Source: Nitrospirota bacterium
GTDB taxonomy: Bacteria > Nitrospirota > Thermodesulfovibrionia > Thermodesulfovibrionales > Dissulfurispiraceae
DNA length: 64,000 nucleotides
Assembly: GCA_963790025.1 (NCBI GenBank)
Contig: CAWBMP010000004.1
Coordinates: forward strand, 1,344,001 to 1,408,000
Direction: 5' to 3'
Position 1 is the first letter of the stretch; the number at the start of each line of letters is the position of its first letter. Shown one piece after another: positions 9,839 to 20,445 of this stretch. The translations under genes were made by a program, and so were the position numbers. The notes below the pieces were generated by a model. That model was not told where the DNA came from and made no database searches. It was given only the letters and a program-made list of their open reading frames with translations.

Positions 9839-10599
9839 TGGGAATGGAACATTTCTCCGAACATTTCAAGAAGCTTCACCTATTGACCGGTATCGATGCA
9901 CGGGTAAAATTTATCGTTGCCATTGCTGTTTTGATAATGATTATAAGCTATAATGGATTTGTTTTCCCTTTGATAGTAGTGGGTTTGAATATTGGACTGT
10001 GCATGAAAATGAGAGTGCCTTTCAAGGCCTTCATGCTCAGGTTGTCGGAGCCCCTCGTTATCATCTTAGTTCTCACACTGCTCAAATGTCTGTTCTCCGG
10101 GAAGGAGGCGCTTTTTTCTCTTTCGCTCTTTGGTTTGTCCGTAACCGGACATAAAGACGGACTCATTGATGGACTTATGATTGCAGTAAGGGTCCTCGGT
10201 TCGGTTTCAGTAATTGCAGTGCTCGGCTTCTCCACGCCTTTTACTGAGCTGATGTCGGGACTTTCATGGATGAGGATGCCGAAGGGGTTTATCGAGATAT
10301 TGATGTTCGCATACCGGTATATCTTTGTGCTTCTGGAGGATGCGATGGTGATCTATGATGCGCAAAAGAACCGCCTCGGCTATTGCAGCGTCCGGCGTGG
10401 CTTGAGCTCGTTCGGCACGCTTGCCGGTTCCCTTATGCTCAAGGCATTCGATCACAGCCAGAATACCACGACCGCAATGGTACAGAGGGGATATGACGGC
10501 AATATCCCGATGCTGAAGCATAAGCCGTTCAAGCCCTCGGAGGTCATAGCCTCGGCTATTTTCATCATCGCCATGGGATGCATATGGACCATCAGGTAA
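9838..10599 (+). CDS. cbiQ: cobalt ECF transporter T component
   Basis: IDARVK, STPFTEL, YRYIFVL, AQKNRLG, AMVQRGY. Confidence 0.92.
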   Translation: MGMEHFSEHFKKLHLLTGIDARVKFIVAIAVLIMIISYNGFVFPLIVVGLNIGLCMKMRVPFKAFMLRLSEPLVIILVLTLLKCLFSGKEALFSLSLFGLSVTGHKDGLIDGLMIAVRVLGSVSVIAVLGFSTPFTELMSGLSWMRMPKGFIEILMFAYRYIFVLLEDAMVIYDAQKNRLGYCSVRRGLSSFGTLAGSLMLKAFDHSQNTTTAMVQRGYDGNIPMLKHKPFKPSEVIASAIFIIAMGCIWTIR

Positions 10600-11444
10600 G
10601 ACTCGCTGTCAATGTAAGATCCTTTCATTATCCTGACCGCACGCAGGCAATGCACGATATCAGCCTTAAAGTGGAAAGAGGGGAATTCACGGGCATACTC
10701 GGGTCAAACGGTTCAGGAAAGACTACTCTGCTCAAGATTATGGATGGCCTTTTAAAGGATTTCGACGGATCGGTACACCTCGACGGCAGAAACATCGGGA
10801 AATTATCGCCGAAAGATATCTATAAGAAAGTAGGTCTTTTTTTCCAGAATCCGGATGACCAGCTCTTTGCTCCTACTGTTTACGAGGATGTTGCCTTCGG
10901 TCCTGTCAATATGGGATTCCCCGAACATGAAGTAGCCGCCAGAATCAGCGCCGCCCTGCATGACGTGGAAATGGAGGGGTACGCTAAAAAATCCATTCAC
11001 GCGTTGAGTTTCGGACAGAAAAAACGCATATGCATTGCCGGGCTGCTTGCAATGGGACACGAAGTGTTGCTGCTTGATGAGCCGACAGCCGGACTCGATC
11101 CGATGGGAGAATACAAGATGATGAATCTCCTGACAAGGCTGAACAAAGACAGGGGAGTTACTATTGTCATGGCAACGCACAGCGTTGATTTGGTGCCTCT
11201 CTTCCTTCACACGCTTTATATTTTGAGCAGTGGAACTATTATAAGGGGCGGTGTTCCCGAGGAGGTTTTCAATACCCCCGAGGACATGGCTAAAATCAAG
11301 CTCAGGCTGCCTCAGGTTGCTGAGCTAATTTACCGCCTGAAGCACGAAGATAAGGTCCCGTTCGGGAAGGTCCCTCTAACCATAGGCGAGGCACGGAGAG
11401 AAATAATAAAAACAAGCAAGAACTGGGAAGCAGGAAATGCGTAA
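10578..11444 (+). CDS. cbiO: cobalt ECF transporter ATPase
   Basis: GSNGSGKTT, FQNPDDQLF, LSFGQKKR, DEPTAGLDP; start could be 10584. Confidence 0.92.
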   Translation: MHMDHQVRLAVNVRSFHYPDRTQAMHDISLKVERGEFTGILGSNGSGKTTLLKIMDGLLKDFDGSVHLDGRNIGKLSPKDIYKKVGLFFQNPDDQLFAPTVYEDVAFGPVNMGFPEHEVAARISAALHDVEMEGYAKKSIHALSFGQKKRICIAGLLAMGHEVLLLDEPTAGLDPMGEYKMMNLLTRLNKDRGVTIVMATHSVDLVPLFLHTLYILSSGTIIRGGVPEEVFNTPEDMAKIKLRLPQVAELIYRLKHEDKVPFGKVPLTIGEARREIIKTSKNWEAGNA

Positions 11445-11958
11445 GGGGTACATCCAGGTATATACAGGTAACAGCAAAGGCAAGACCACTGCTGCATTGG
11501 GTCTGGCCTTGAGGGCTGCAGGCGCCGGCCACAGAGTATTTATAGCTCAATTCATAAAACAGCGCCGCTGCAGCGAACATAAGGCACTGGAGGACCGGTT
11601 CAGCGACATCATTACTTTCGAGCAATACGGCAAAGGCTTTATACGGGGGGCGCAGCCTGGAAAATCCGATATCGAAGCTGCCGAAAAAGGAGTCAAAGAG
11701 GTAAAGAATATTATTGCGTCGAAACAGTATGATGTCGTCATACTCGATGAAATCAATATCGCCGTCCACTACGGACTTGTAAGCATTGACGAACTCATCG
11801 AAATAATGGAAAAAAAACCTGTGGAAGTCGAGTTGGTACTGACAGGAAGGTATGCCGACAGCAGGATTATTGAGAAGGCGGACCTTGTCACGGAAATGAA
11901 GGAGATCAAGCATTATTCCAGCCGTGGGGTGAAGGCGAGAGCAGGCATAGAATGCTGA
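11437..11958 (+). CDS. cobO: cob(I)yrinic acid a,c-diamide adenosyltransferase (CobO/BtuR)
   Basis: YTGNSKGKTTAALG, ILDEI, LTGR, ADLVTEM, ARAGIE. Confidence 0.93.
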   Translation: MRKGYIQVYTGNSKGKTTAALGLALRAAGAGHRVFIAQFIKQRRCSEHKALEDRFSDIITFEQYGKGFIRGAQPGKSDIEAAEKGVKEVKNIIASKQYDVVILDEINIAVHYGLVSIDELIEIMEKKPVEVELVLTGRYADSRIIEKADLVTEMKEIKHYSSRGVKARAGIEC

Positions 11959-13115
11959 GGAAAAGACTCCGTTCCGGATACACGACTGGCGCCTGCGCCG
12001 CTGCCGCCGCAAAAGCCGCAACTTTACTCATAATGCGCAATGCGTTTAGCGTGAAGAATGAGGCCCCTATCACGGCCATTGAGATTCCCTTCCCTGACGG
12101 CAGCAGAGTGAGTTTTGAAATCCATGGATCAGGGCTGAGAAATGACGGGCAGATTGCGTGGTCATCTGTAATTAAGGATGCCGGCGACGACCCCGATGTG
12201 ACAAACGGCGCCGAAATAATAGCGGAAGCACGCTTCATTTCTTTTTCTCCGTGTTCCCGTGTCCCCGCCTCATCGCGTCTTATGATAACGGGCGGCAAAG
12301 GCGTCGGCGTTATTACCAAGCCCGGCCTTCCTGTTGGGATAGGGGAACCTGCCATCAATCCCGTGCCGAGGAGGATGATAGGTGAGGCAGTGATGGAAGC
12401 CTTATCTTCAGGAGGGGAATCCCCGGGGCTTGAAATAACCATCTCCGTTACTCGTGGGGAAGAACTCGCAAAAAAAACTCTGAATTCCAGGCTGGGCATT
12501 ACCGGCGGTATTTCGATCCTCGGCACTACGGGTATTGTACGCCCGATATCCGCAGACGCATGGACAGCCACGATATCCGCATCAATGGATGTTGCAAAGG
12601 CTATGGGTTGCGGCAGTATCGTGCTTTCCTCAGGCAGGGCGTCCGAGAAGGCGCATATGAAAAAATTTGCCTTTCCGGAAGAATCATACGTTATGATGGG
12701 CGACTACCTTGAATTTGCCCTGCTCGATGCGGTACGGCACGGCTTCGACTCTATTCACCTGTGTGCCCAGTGGGCTAAAATGCTCAAGATCGCTATGGCT
12801 AAGCCCCGCAAAGTTGCCGACTTTGTGGGATATACAACCCATGTGCGGCACGGCGCGATTGCAATGAAAGAGGCCGTGGAGTTGCTGCGGTCTATGGGGG
12901 CCGAAATTCCTGCCAAGACCCCGGATGGACGAGAATTCAATACCGCCAGAGAGATTTTCGACTTTATAGCCTCATCGTGCATCACCCGTCATCCATCATT
13001 GTTATCGGATGTCTGCGCCGGGGCAAAAAAATACTCTGAAACAATTTCATCGGGAATCCCGGTGACAGCCCACCTTGTGTCTTATGGGGGTGATATAATT
13101 GCAAACAGTGAATAA
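11952..13115 (+). CDS. cbiD: cobalt-precorrin-5B C1-methyltransferase
   Basis: LRSGYTTGACAAAA, KDAGDDPDVT, AINPVPR, GGISILGTTG. Confidence 0.95.
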   Translation: MLRKRLRSGYTTGACAAAAAKAATLLIMRNAFSVKNEAPITAIEIPFPDGSRVSFEIHGSGLRNDGQIAWSSVIKDAGDDPDVTNGAEIIAEARFISFSPCSRVPASSRLMITGGKGVGVITKPGLPVGIGEPAINPVPRRMIGEAVMEALSSGGESPGLEITISVTRGEELAKKTLNSRLGITGGISILGTTGIVRPISADAWTATISASMDVAKAMGCGSIVLSSGRASEKAHMKKFAFPEESYVMMGDYLEFALLDAVRHGFDSIHLCAQWAKMLKIAMAKPRKVADFVGYTTHVRHGAIAMKEAVELLRSMGAEIPAKTPDGREFNTAREIFDFIASSCITRHPSLLSDVCAGAKKYSETISSGIPVTAHLVSYGGDIIANSE

Positions 13116-14394
13116 ATTCTACGTTATAGGCATCGGCTATAAGCCCTTTGATAAAAAGACACATGAGCTTATTTTAAGCTCCGACGTAATTCTTACGTCC
13201 AAGAGGCTTTTTGAAGTCTTTCAGAGATATGAAGAGTTCCACGCTGTAGAAGATAAGGTCATCGTGCTGAACAAAATAAATGACACAATTGAGTTCATCC
13301 GCAACAACTTTAAGACGAAAAAAGTGGTCCTGATGGCCTCTGGAGACCCGCTGTTTTCGGGTATCGGCAGAAGGGCTGTTGACGAGTTCGGGGAAAATGC
13401 CGTAGAGATAATTCCGGATTTATCAAGCATTCAGATCGCGTTCTCACGGATAAAAGAGCCGTGGGATGACGCATTTTTTATTAGCCTGCACGGAGGGCCA
13501 GATCCGACAAAGAGGAGACGTTTGCCTTATGAGATGCAAGACATTCCTTTTTTACTTGAGCGGCATAATAAAATCGCCGTCCTGACGGACATAGAAAACA
13601 ATCCGACAGAGATAGCCAAAGTCCTCAGCCTCTCGCCTATTTCTTGTAGCCTCTTGCCAATACTTTACGTCTGCGAAAGGCTCGGCTATGAAGATGAAAA
13701 AATCACACAAGGGTCACCTGAAGAGATTGCAGCTATATCATTTTCCGGCCCTAATGTCGTTATCATTCTAAGTTCGCAATCAACGGCTCCCGGCCTTATG
13801 CCTTCAAACACAACTTTCGGATTGATAGAAGATGAAATATCACATTCACGAGGGCTTATTACAAAAGATGAGGTCCGGGCAGTTACCATCCACAAATTAA
13901 AGCTGCCGGGAAAAGGCGTATTGTGGGACATAGGTGCAGGCTCGGGCTCCGTATCGATAGAAGCAGCACGGCTGTTTCCGGGATTAAAGGTATTTGCCAT
14001 CGAGAAGAACAAAGAGCAGATAGCCAATATAAGAAAAAACAAGATCATGTTTGAAGCTTCAAATATTGAGATTATAGAGGGCGTTGCGCCGGATGCCTTA
14101 AAAGAGCTCCCTATTCCTGACAGGGTGTTTATAGGAGGCAGCGGCGGCTCACTCCAGGACATAATACGCCATATAAGCGGAACAAATATCTCCGGGACCT
14201 GTGGAATTATTGTGCTGAATATTACTAAAATAGATGCTTTACACTTTGCATCCGGGACGCTAAAGACAGAGGGATATGTTACAGATATCTCCCAGATATC
14301 GGTCGCAAGGGCGCGGGCCATCGGGGAGGGGACGTACCTGTCAGCCCTGAACCCGGTCTTCATAATAAGAGGTGAAATGAGGCATAACGAATAA
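13099..14394 (+). CDS. cbiET: fused cobalt-precorrin-7 C5-methyltransferase / precorrin-6B C15-methyltransferase
   Basis: ASGDPLFSGIG, SLHG in N-half; ITKDEVR, WDIGAGSGSVSIE, FIGGSGG in C-half. Confidence 0.92.
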   Translation: MQTVNKFYVIGIGYKPFDKKTHELILSSDVILTSKRLFEVFQRYEEFHAVEDKVIVLNKINDTIEFIRNNFKTKKVVLMASGDPLFSGIGRRAVDEFGENAVEIIPDLSSIQIAFSRIKEPWDDAFFISLHGGPDPTKRRRLPYEMQDIPFLLERHNKIAVLTDIENNPTEIAKVLSLSPISCSLLPILYVCERLGYEDEKITQGSPEEIAAISFSGPNVVIILSSQSTAPGLMPSNTTFGLIEDEISHSRGLITKDEVRAVTIHKLKLPGKGVLWDIGAGSGSVSIEAARLFPGLKVFAIEKNKEQIANIRKNKIMFEASNIEIIEGVAPDALKELPIPDRVFIGGSGGSLQDIIRHISGTNISGTCGIIVLNITKIDALHFASGTLKTEGYVTDISQISVARARAIGEGTYLSALNPVFIIRGEMRHNE

Positions 14395-15110
14395 TGACCG
14401 GCACTCTTTTTGTCATAGGAGTGGGACCCGGGGACCCGGAACTACTGACGCTGAAGGCGGTCAGGATACTGCGTACCGTAAATTGCATCTGCGTTCCCAA
14501 GGGCAGGGAAGAGGGCAGCAGCATGGCATTGGATATTGTAAAAAAAGTCATTGACATAGACAACAAGGAGATAATCGAGGCGCACTTCCCGATGCGGAAA
14601 ACAAAGGCCTCAGGCTACGCCGGCGAGCTGGATACAAAGTGGAATGAGACTGTGAAAACCGTTCTGGGCATCCTCAACAAAGGGACTGATATGGCATTCA
14701 TTACTATAGGGGACCCCTCGATTTACAGCACTTTTTTCTATCTCTATGACCGTCTGCTTGAACTTAATCCTTCACTTCCTGTCGAGACGATTCCCGGCAT
14801 ATCGTCGATTACGGCTTCAGCGGCAAGGGCAAAGATATCCCTTGGGCTGGCTGATGAAAAAATCGCCATACTCCCTGCAACCTATGCACACGATATGAGC
14901 ACGGTGCTCGATCACTTTGATACTGTAATACTCATGAAGGTCCATAAAGTATTTGACAAGGTCCTTGCCGAGCTGGATGCGGCAGGGCTTACAAATAAAT
15001 CTTTTTTCATCTCGAGGGCCGGAATGACTGACGAAATGGTGGTGCGCGATATCGGCTCTTTGAGGGGCAAAGAACTTAACTATTTTTCGATGGTAATTGT
15101 TAAAAAATGA
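14394..15110 (+). CDS. cbiL: cobalt-precorrin-2 C20-methyltransferase
   Basis: GVGPGDPELLTLKA, FPM, TIGDPSIYSTF, YFSM. Confidence 0.92.
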   Translation: MTGTLFVIGVGPGDPELLTLKAVRILRTVNCICVPKGREEGSSMALDIVKKVIDIDNKEIIEAHFPMRKTKASGYAGELDTKWNETVKTVLGILNKGTDMAFITIGDPSIYSTFFYLYDRLLELNPSLPVETIPGISSITASAARAKISLGLADEKIAILPATYAHDMSTVLDHFDTVILMKVHKVFDKVLAELDAAGLTNKSFFISRAGMTDEMVVRDIGSLRGKELNYFSMVIVKK

Positions 15111-15907
15111 ACAGTAATGATATGCGGCTATTGAAACAATGGTTTTACGGTTATTGCGCCTCTTTCCATACATCCGATGATAAAGAGACGCAGAACTTCA
15201 TACTTAAAGAGAAGCACACTGAAAAAGTCTGCGCATATATTATTGAAATAGCCCGGGATGAATCGCTCGACCCAGCTGATGTAAAGCTTGCAGAAGCAGT
15301 TGCGCTTTTTCACGATGTCGGGAGGTTCCCGCAGTATGCAAAATACAAGACATTCAGGGACCGTGATTCTATAAACCATGGGGAACTTGGGGCCTCTGTG
15401 CTTTCAGATTCGGGAATTCTTAAAAACATACCGGTGCGGGAGCGGGAAATAATTACTTCGTCGGTCAAATTCCATAACGCCTTTAGGATGCCCGATTTGG
15501 GACACAGCGACAGTCTCTTCTTTTTGAGACTGGTCCGCGATGCCGATAAGCTGGACATATGGCGTATTTTTTTTGAATATTTCACTCAGCAAGCCTTTGA
15601 GGAAAGACCATCTGCCGTAACACTCGGCTTTGCAGATACACCCGAATATTCAAAGAAAGTGGTTGACTGCATCCTTAACAGGCATCTGGTTTCGCTCGCA
15701 ATGCTCGATACGCTCAATGATTTGAAACTTACTCTGTTATCATGGGTGTACGATCTCAATTTCAGTTCCTCTTTCAGGTTAGCCGTTGAAGGTAACTATG
15801 TAGACAGGATTGCAGCGACTTTGCCGCAGACGGACGAGATCAAACATGCAGTCGCCTCTATGCATGAATATATCCGACTCAGACTGGAAGAGGGAAACAA
15901 TGGCTAA
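15107..15907 (+). CDS. HD-domain metal-dependent phosphohydrolase
   Basis: HTEKV...LFHDVGRF...HN...DADKLD; overlaps the stop of cbiL and the start of cbiF. Confidence 0.85.
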   Translation: MNSNDMRLLKQWFYGYCASFHTSDDKETQNFILKEKHTEKVCAYIIEIARDESLDPADVKLAEAVALFHDVGRFPQYAKYKTFRDRDSINHGELGASVLSDSGILKNIPVREREIITSSVKFHNAFRMPDLGHSDSLFFLRLVRDADKLDIWRIFFEYFTQQAFEERPSAVTLGFADTPEYSKKVVDCILNRHLVSLAMLDTLNDLKLTLLSWVYDLNFSSSFRLAVEGNYVDRIAATLPQTDEIKHAVASMHEYIRLRLEEGNNG

Positions 15908-16655
15908 AGTGTATTTCATAGGGGCTGGACCGGGGGACCCTGAATTGATAACGCTCAAGGGCAGAAGGCTGCTGGACCAGGCTGATACGGTAATTTATGC
16001 CGGGAGCCTGGTAAATCCCTCTCTTCTGGACGGTGTAAACGCGGAGATCCACAATTCCGCGTCAATGACGCTTGAGGATACAATAGCGGTTATCGAACGG
16101 GCCGTAAAGGCAGGCAAGGTGGTTGTGCGGCTACATACAGGAGATACGGCTTTATACAGCGCCATATCCGAACAAATCGAGCGGCTCAGGAAATCGGGCA
16201 TCGAGTACGAAGTCATACCAGGCGTCTCTTCCGCCATGGCCGGGGCAGCGCTGCTCGGGCAGGAACTCACCATCCCAGAAATAAGCCAGACCGTCATATT
16301 CACGCGCATTGAAGGAAGAACACCGGTCCCGCAGACCGAACGACTCCGCTCTCTGGCAAAGCACCGGGCAACAATGGTAATTTTCCTGAGTGTCGGAATG
16401 ATCGCAAAAGTAAAAGCTGAACTCATGGCAGGATATCCCGGGGATACGCCTGTAGCCATAGTCGAGAAAGCCTCCTGGCCTCAGCAGAAGGTTGTCAGGG
16501 GATTGCTAAAAGATATTGTTGAGCTTGTGGAAAGTGAGGGCATCAAAAAAACCGCCCTCATCTTTGTCGGGGAATCCCTGAAAGCTGCAACTTGCTCTAT
16601 GGGCAAAGAGTCAAAACTATACAGCAGGGACTTCACGCATGAATACAGGAAATAA
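15900..16655 (+). CDS. cbiF: cobalt-precorrin-4 C11-methyltransferase
   Basis: MAKVYFIGAGPGDPELIT, YAGSLV, RLHTGD, SKLYS..F.H; start reassigned to ATG 15900. Confidence 0.94.
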   Translation: MAKVYFIGAGPGDPELITLKGRRLLDQADTVIYAGSLVNPSLLDGVNAEIHNSASMTLEDTIAVIERAVKAGKVVVRLHTGDTALYSAISEQIERLRKSGIEYEVIPGVSSAMAGAALLGQELTIPEISQTVIFTRIEGRTPVPQTERLRSLAKHRATMVIFLSVGMIAKVKAELMAGYPGDTPVAIVEKASWPQQKVVRGLLKDIVELVESEGIKKTALIFVGESLKAATCSMGKESKLYSRDFTHEYRK

Positions 16656-18390
16656 GGCTGTATTCTACATAACGGACACCGGACTTGCATTGTCGGCAAG
16701 GCTCAAGGACCTCTATCCCGGCCTCAACATTATCAAATACAGCGCCGGGGCAGTGCGCGATTTCTGGGGTACTGATAAGAGTCTAATTTTTATTATGGCT
16801 GCAGGGATCGTTGTGAGGACAATAGCTCCTCTGGTCACAGATAAACGCACAGATCCGGGCGTTGTCGTGGTGGATGAAAAAGGACAGTTCGCTGTCAGCC
16901 TTCTGAGCGGACACCTTGGCGGCGCCAACAGGCTGGCAACCGAGATTGCCCAATTTCTGCGCGGCAGGGCGGTCATTACCACAGCGTCAGATGTTAATAA
17001 TGTGCCATCGCTGGACTTGTGGGCAAAAGAAAAGGGCCTTGTAATTGAGGAATGGGGGCTTCTGCCCTTTGCTGGGACACAACTGCTCAATAACGGGGTC
17101 CTCAAGATATATACTGAGATACCTGTTGAACTACCGCCTGTTTTTTTAGAGACTGATGACCCCGGCATTGCCGATTTGTGTATTACAAACAAAAAACTAA
17201 TCCATTCGCCACAAAAGAAACAACTTTATTTGAGGCCGCAAAATCTTGTTGTGGGCATAGGATGCAATAGCGGGACTACGGCATACGAAATCCAAAGTGC
17301 GGTAATAAAGGTATTCGATGAGCATAATCTATCATTCCAGTCTGTCCGCGTTCTTGCTACCATTGATCTAAAGGCTGAGGAGCCGGGGCTTGTGGATTTT
17401 GCCGGGAAACACAAGGTCAAGATCGTTACTTTCACCCCCCACGAACTGAACAATGCTCCTGGTATGGATAATTTTATAGAAAAGTCAGAGGCTGTATTTA
17501 AAGCAACAGGGGCTTATTCGGTTGCAGAGGCGGCAGCCCTTATTTGTTCAGGAAGCAATACGCTCATCGTGCGGAAGCAGAAGGTCGGAAACTTGACACT
17601 TGCCGTAGCTGAAGAAAAGAGTACTCGCGGTAAAATATACATCGTAGGCACAGGACCTGGAGGAGTTGAGCACATTACGCCCTATGCGCAAAAGGCGATA
17701 AAGGAATCCGAAGCCGTTGTAGGGTACGGCACATATCTAGATTTAATAACGGAGCTGATAAAAGATAAAGATGTCGTCTCAACGGGCATGACGCAGGAAA
17801 TAGACCGCTGCCGAACAGCAGTAGAACTGGCCCTCAGCGGAAAAACCGTTGCAGTTGTGAGCGGTGGTGACCCGGGGATTTACGCGATGGCCGGCCTGGT
17901 GCTCGAAATACTCAGCGCTGAGGATCGAAAACGAGAAACGCCGTTTCCCCGTGTACCCGTCGAGGTCATTCCTGGCATATCGGCATTGAATGCCGGCGCC
18001 TCCAGGCTCGGAGCGCCGCTCATGCACGACTTTGCGGTCATAAGCTTATCAGACAGGCTCACTCCCTGGGAACTAATAGAAAAAAGGCTCGACGCCGCTG
18101 CAATGGCCGACTTTGTTATAGTCCTTTATAATCCTAGAAGCAAGGGAAGACCCAGCCATATTGACAGGGCACAGGAGATATGCCTCAGATACCGGGGTGC
18201 TGAAACCCCTGTAGGCATAGTAAAAGCTGCCATGAGAGAAAATGAGAAGGTGATTGTTACAAGTCTTTCTGATATGCTCGATCATGACATCGATATGCAG
18301 ACGACGGTTATTGTAGGCAATTCCGCTACTTTCACATGGAACAATTTCATGATCACGCCCAGAGGATATACAGCTTCGAAGAGACTGTAA
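16639..18390 (+). CDS. cbiGH: fused cobalt-precorrin-5A hydrolase / precorrin-3B C17-methyltransferase
   Basis: DKRTDPGV, LLSGHLGGAN, GIGC, SVAEAAA then VGTGPG, SGGDPGIYAMA, HDF..ISLSD, TPRGY. Confidence 0.93.
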   Translation: MNTGNKAVFYITDTGLALSARLKDLYPGLNIIKYSAGAVRDFWGTDKSLIFIMAAGIVVRTIAPLVTDKRTDPGVVVVDEKGQFAVSLLSGHLGGANRLATEIAQFLRGRAVITTASDVNNVPSLDLWAKEKGLVIEEWGLLPFAGTQLLNNGVLKIYTEIPVELPPVFLETDDPGIADLCITNKKLIHSPQKKQLYLRPQNLVVGIGCNSGTTAYEIQSAVIKVFDEHNLSFQSVRVLATIDLKAEEPGLVDFAGKHKVKIVTFTPHELNNAPGMDNFIEKSEAVFKATGAYSVAEAAALICSGSNTLIVRKQKVGNLTLAVAEEKSTRGKIYIVGTGPGGVEHITPYAQKAIKESEAVVGYGTYLDLITELIKDKDVVSTGMTQEIDRCRTAVELALSGKTVAVVSGGDPGIYAMAGLVLEILSAEDRKRETPFPRVPVEVIPGISALNAGASRLGAPLMHDFAVISLSDRLTPWELIEKRLDAAAMADFVIVLYNPRSKGRPSHIDRAQEICLRYRGAETPVGIVKAAMRENEKVIVTSLSDMLDHDIDMQTTVIVGNSATFTWNNFMITPRGYTASKRL

Positions 18391-18492
18391 CAATCCGGAT
18401 TTCAGCCCGCATTATTCATAACATTAGCACTATGGTCAGCCTGCCCTTGGGTTTGAATTTATGACTGATGTGGGTTAGTATAAAATTGAGGT

Positions 18493-20409
18493 GTGACCTT
18501 GAAAAAATCAATAGCGAGAATACTCCTCATTGAAGATGATGATGGAGATGTGGAGTTAATCCGGGAAATGCTGTACAGTTGTAAAAGTAAATTTATTCTT
18601 GAGAGCTCCAATCGGCTCTCGTCTGGATTAAAGCTCCTCGAAGAAGATTACTTCGATGTGGTCCTTTTGGATCTCGGATTGCCTGATAGCAGCGGAATTG
18701 ATACTTTGCTCAAGGTCCAGGAAAAAGAGCAGGTGCCGCCTATTATCGTCTTGACAGGTTTGTCGGATGAAGAACTGGCCGAAGAAGCGATCTGGGTTGG
18801 GGCGCAGGATTACCTGGTAAAAGGGAAAATCGATGACGATGTGCTTTATCGTTCAATCACATATTCAATTAACCGAAGACAAGCTGAGAACGCGGTCCAT
18901 GCTGCCGAAAAGAAATTCAGGGATTTTCTGGAAACCATACAACTGGTGGCAGTTATGCTCGATCTTGACGGCAATATTACCTTCTGTAATAATTACCTTC
19001 TAAGCCTGACCGGGTGGTCCAAAGATGAAGTACTCTATAAAAACTGGTTTGATCTGTTTATACCTGAAAAAGATAGAGACAATACCAAATCAGTTTTCAA
19101 GGCAGTCATTAAAGACGGACCCATGCTGCTCTGTGATTACCAAATCCTCACACGCAAGGGAGACTTGAGGGAACTTGAATGGGACAACACGCTTTTGCAT
19201 TCTCCTGAAGGCAGTGTAATAGGAACTGCAAGCATCGGCATTGACATTACGGCGCACAGGCAGATGGAAGCGCAGTTGAGACAGGCGCAAAAAATGGAAG
19301 CCATTGGTCAGATTTCAGGTGGGATAGCCCACGACTTTAACAATATTTTGAGTGGGATGATGGGCTATGTGACACTGCTTCAGATGAAATCAAAAGAAGG
19401 CGACCCTGCAAGGCAATATTTGAACCAACTGCTTTCGCTTACGGAAAGAGCGGCAGCCCTTACCAGGAGTCTCCTGGCGTTCAGCAGGAAGCAGATACTG
19501 GACATAAGGCCGACAAATCTTAATGATATAGTCGGCATGGTTGGGAAACTCCTGTCCAGAGTGATAGGTGAGGACATAGAGTTAAACCTGAAGCCTTCAG
19601 ATAAGGATGTAGTGGTAAATGCTGATGCAGGGCAGATAGAGCAGGCCTTGATGAACCTTGCAACGAATGCCAGGGATGCCATGCCTGAAGGAGGCACATT
19701 GACCGTAAGCACGGGACCTTTTGAAATGGATAATCACTTCATAAACATGCATGGATATGGGAAGCCGGGTAAATATGCCCTTTTGATAGTACAGGACACC
19801 GGGATGGGAATAGATGAGGAGACAAGGAAAAAGATATTCGAACCCTTTTTTACCACCAAGGGAGCAGACAAAGGCACAGGACTTGGACTTGCGATGGTAT
19901 ACGGGACAATAAAGCAGCATGATGGATATATAAACGTTTATAGTGAAGAGGGCAAAGGGACAACATTCACAATTTATTTGCCGGCGATTGAGGCTGAAGC
20001 GGCGGAAGAAAAGACCGTGGACAACATCCCCCGGAGGGGCGGTACAGAGACAATACTATTGGTTGAAGATGAAGCATCATTGAGACAGGCGACAAGGAGC
20101 ATACTGGAAGAATTCGGATATAGGGTAATAGAGGCGGAAGACGGGAATGACGCGGTGAACAAGTTCGCGGAACACAAGGCAGAGATCAAGCTTGTGTTAA
20201 TGGATGTGATAATGCCGGGGAAAAGCGGCAAAGAGGCATATCAGGAGATGCAGAAAATACAGCCTGACGCGAAGGTCATATTCACCAGTGGGCATACAGG
20301 GGACATGCTGACAAGCAAGAAAATAGCTGAAGAAGGTTTACATTTTATTTCAAAGCCTGTTTCACCAAGAGAGCTTTTCGAAAAAATCAGGGACGTGCTG
20401 GACAATTGA
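18493..20409 (+). CDS. hybrid sensor histidine kinase (REC-PAS-HisKA-HATPase-REC)
   Basis: N-term REC (LLDLGLPD), [33 protein letters not shown]-term REC. Confidence 0.92.
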   Translation: MTLKKSIARILLIEDDDGDVELIREMLYSCKSKFILESSNRLSSGLKLLEEDYFDVVLLDLGLPDSSGIDTLLKVQEKEQVPPIIVLTGLSDEELAEEAIWVGAQDYLVKGKIDDDVLYRSITYSINRRQAENAVHAAEKKFRDFLETIQLVAVMLDLDGNITFCNNYLLSLTGWSKDEVLYKNWFDLFIPEKDRDNTKSVFKAVIKDGPMLLCDYQILTRKGDLRELEWDNTLLHSPEGSVIGTASIGIDITAHRQMEAQLRQAQKMEAIGQISGGIAHDFNNILSGMMGYVTLLQMKSKEGDPARQYLNQLLSLTERAAALTRSLLAFSRKQILDIRPTNLNDIVGMVGKLLSRVIGEDIELNLKPSDKDVVVNADAGQIEQALMNLATNARDAMPEGGTLTVSTGPFEMDNHFINMHGYGKPGKYALLIVQDTGMGIDEETRKKIFEPFFTTKGADKGTGLGLAMVYGTIKQHDGYINVYSEEGKGTTFTIYLPAIEAEAAEEKTVDNIPRRGGTETILLVEDEASLRQATRSILEEFGYRVIEAEDGNDAVNKFAEHKAEIKLVLMDVIMPGKSGKEAYQEMQKIQPDAKVIFTSGHTGDMLTSKKIAEEGLHFISKPVSPRELFEKIRDVLDN

Positions 20410-20445
20410 ATAGAGAATAAAGACCCTTAAACTCAACCTCGCTTA

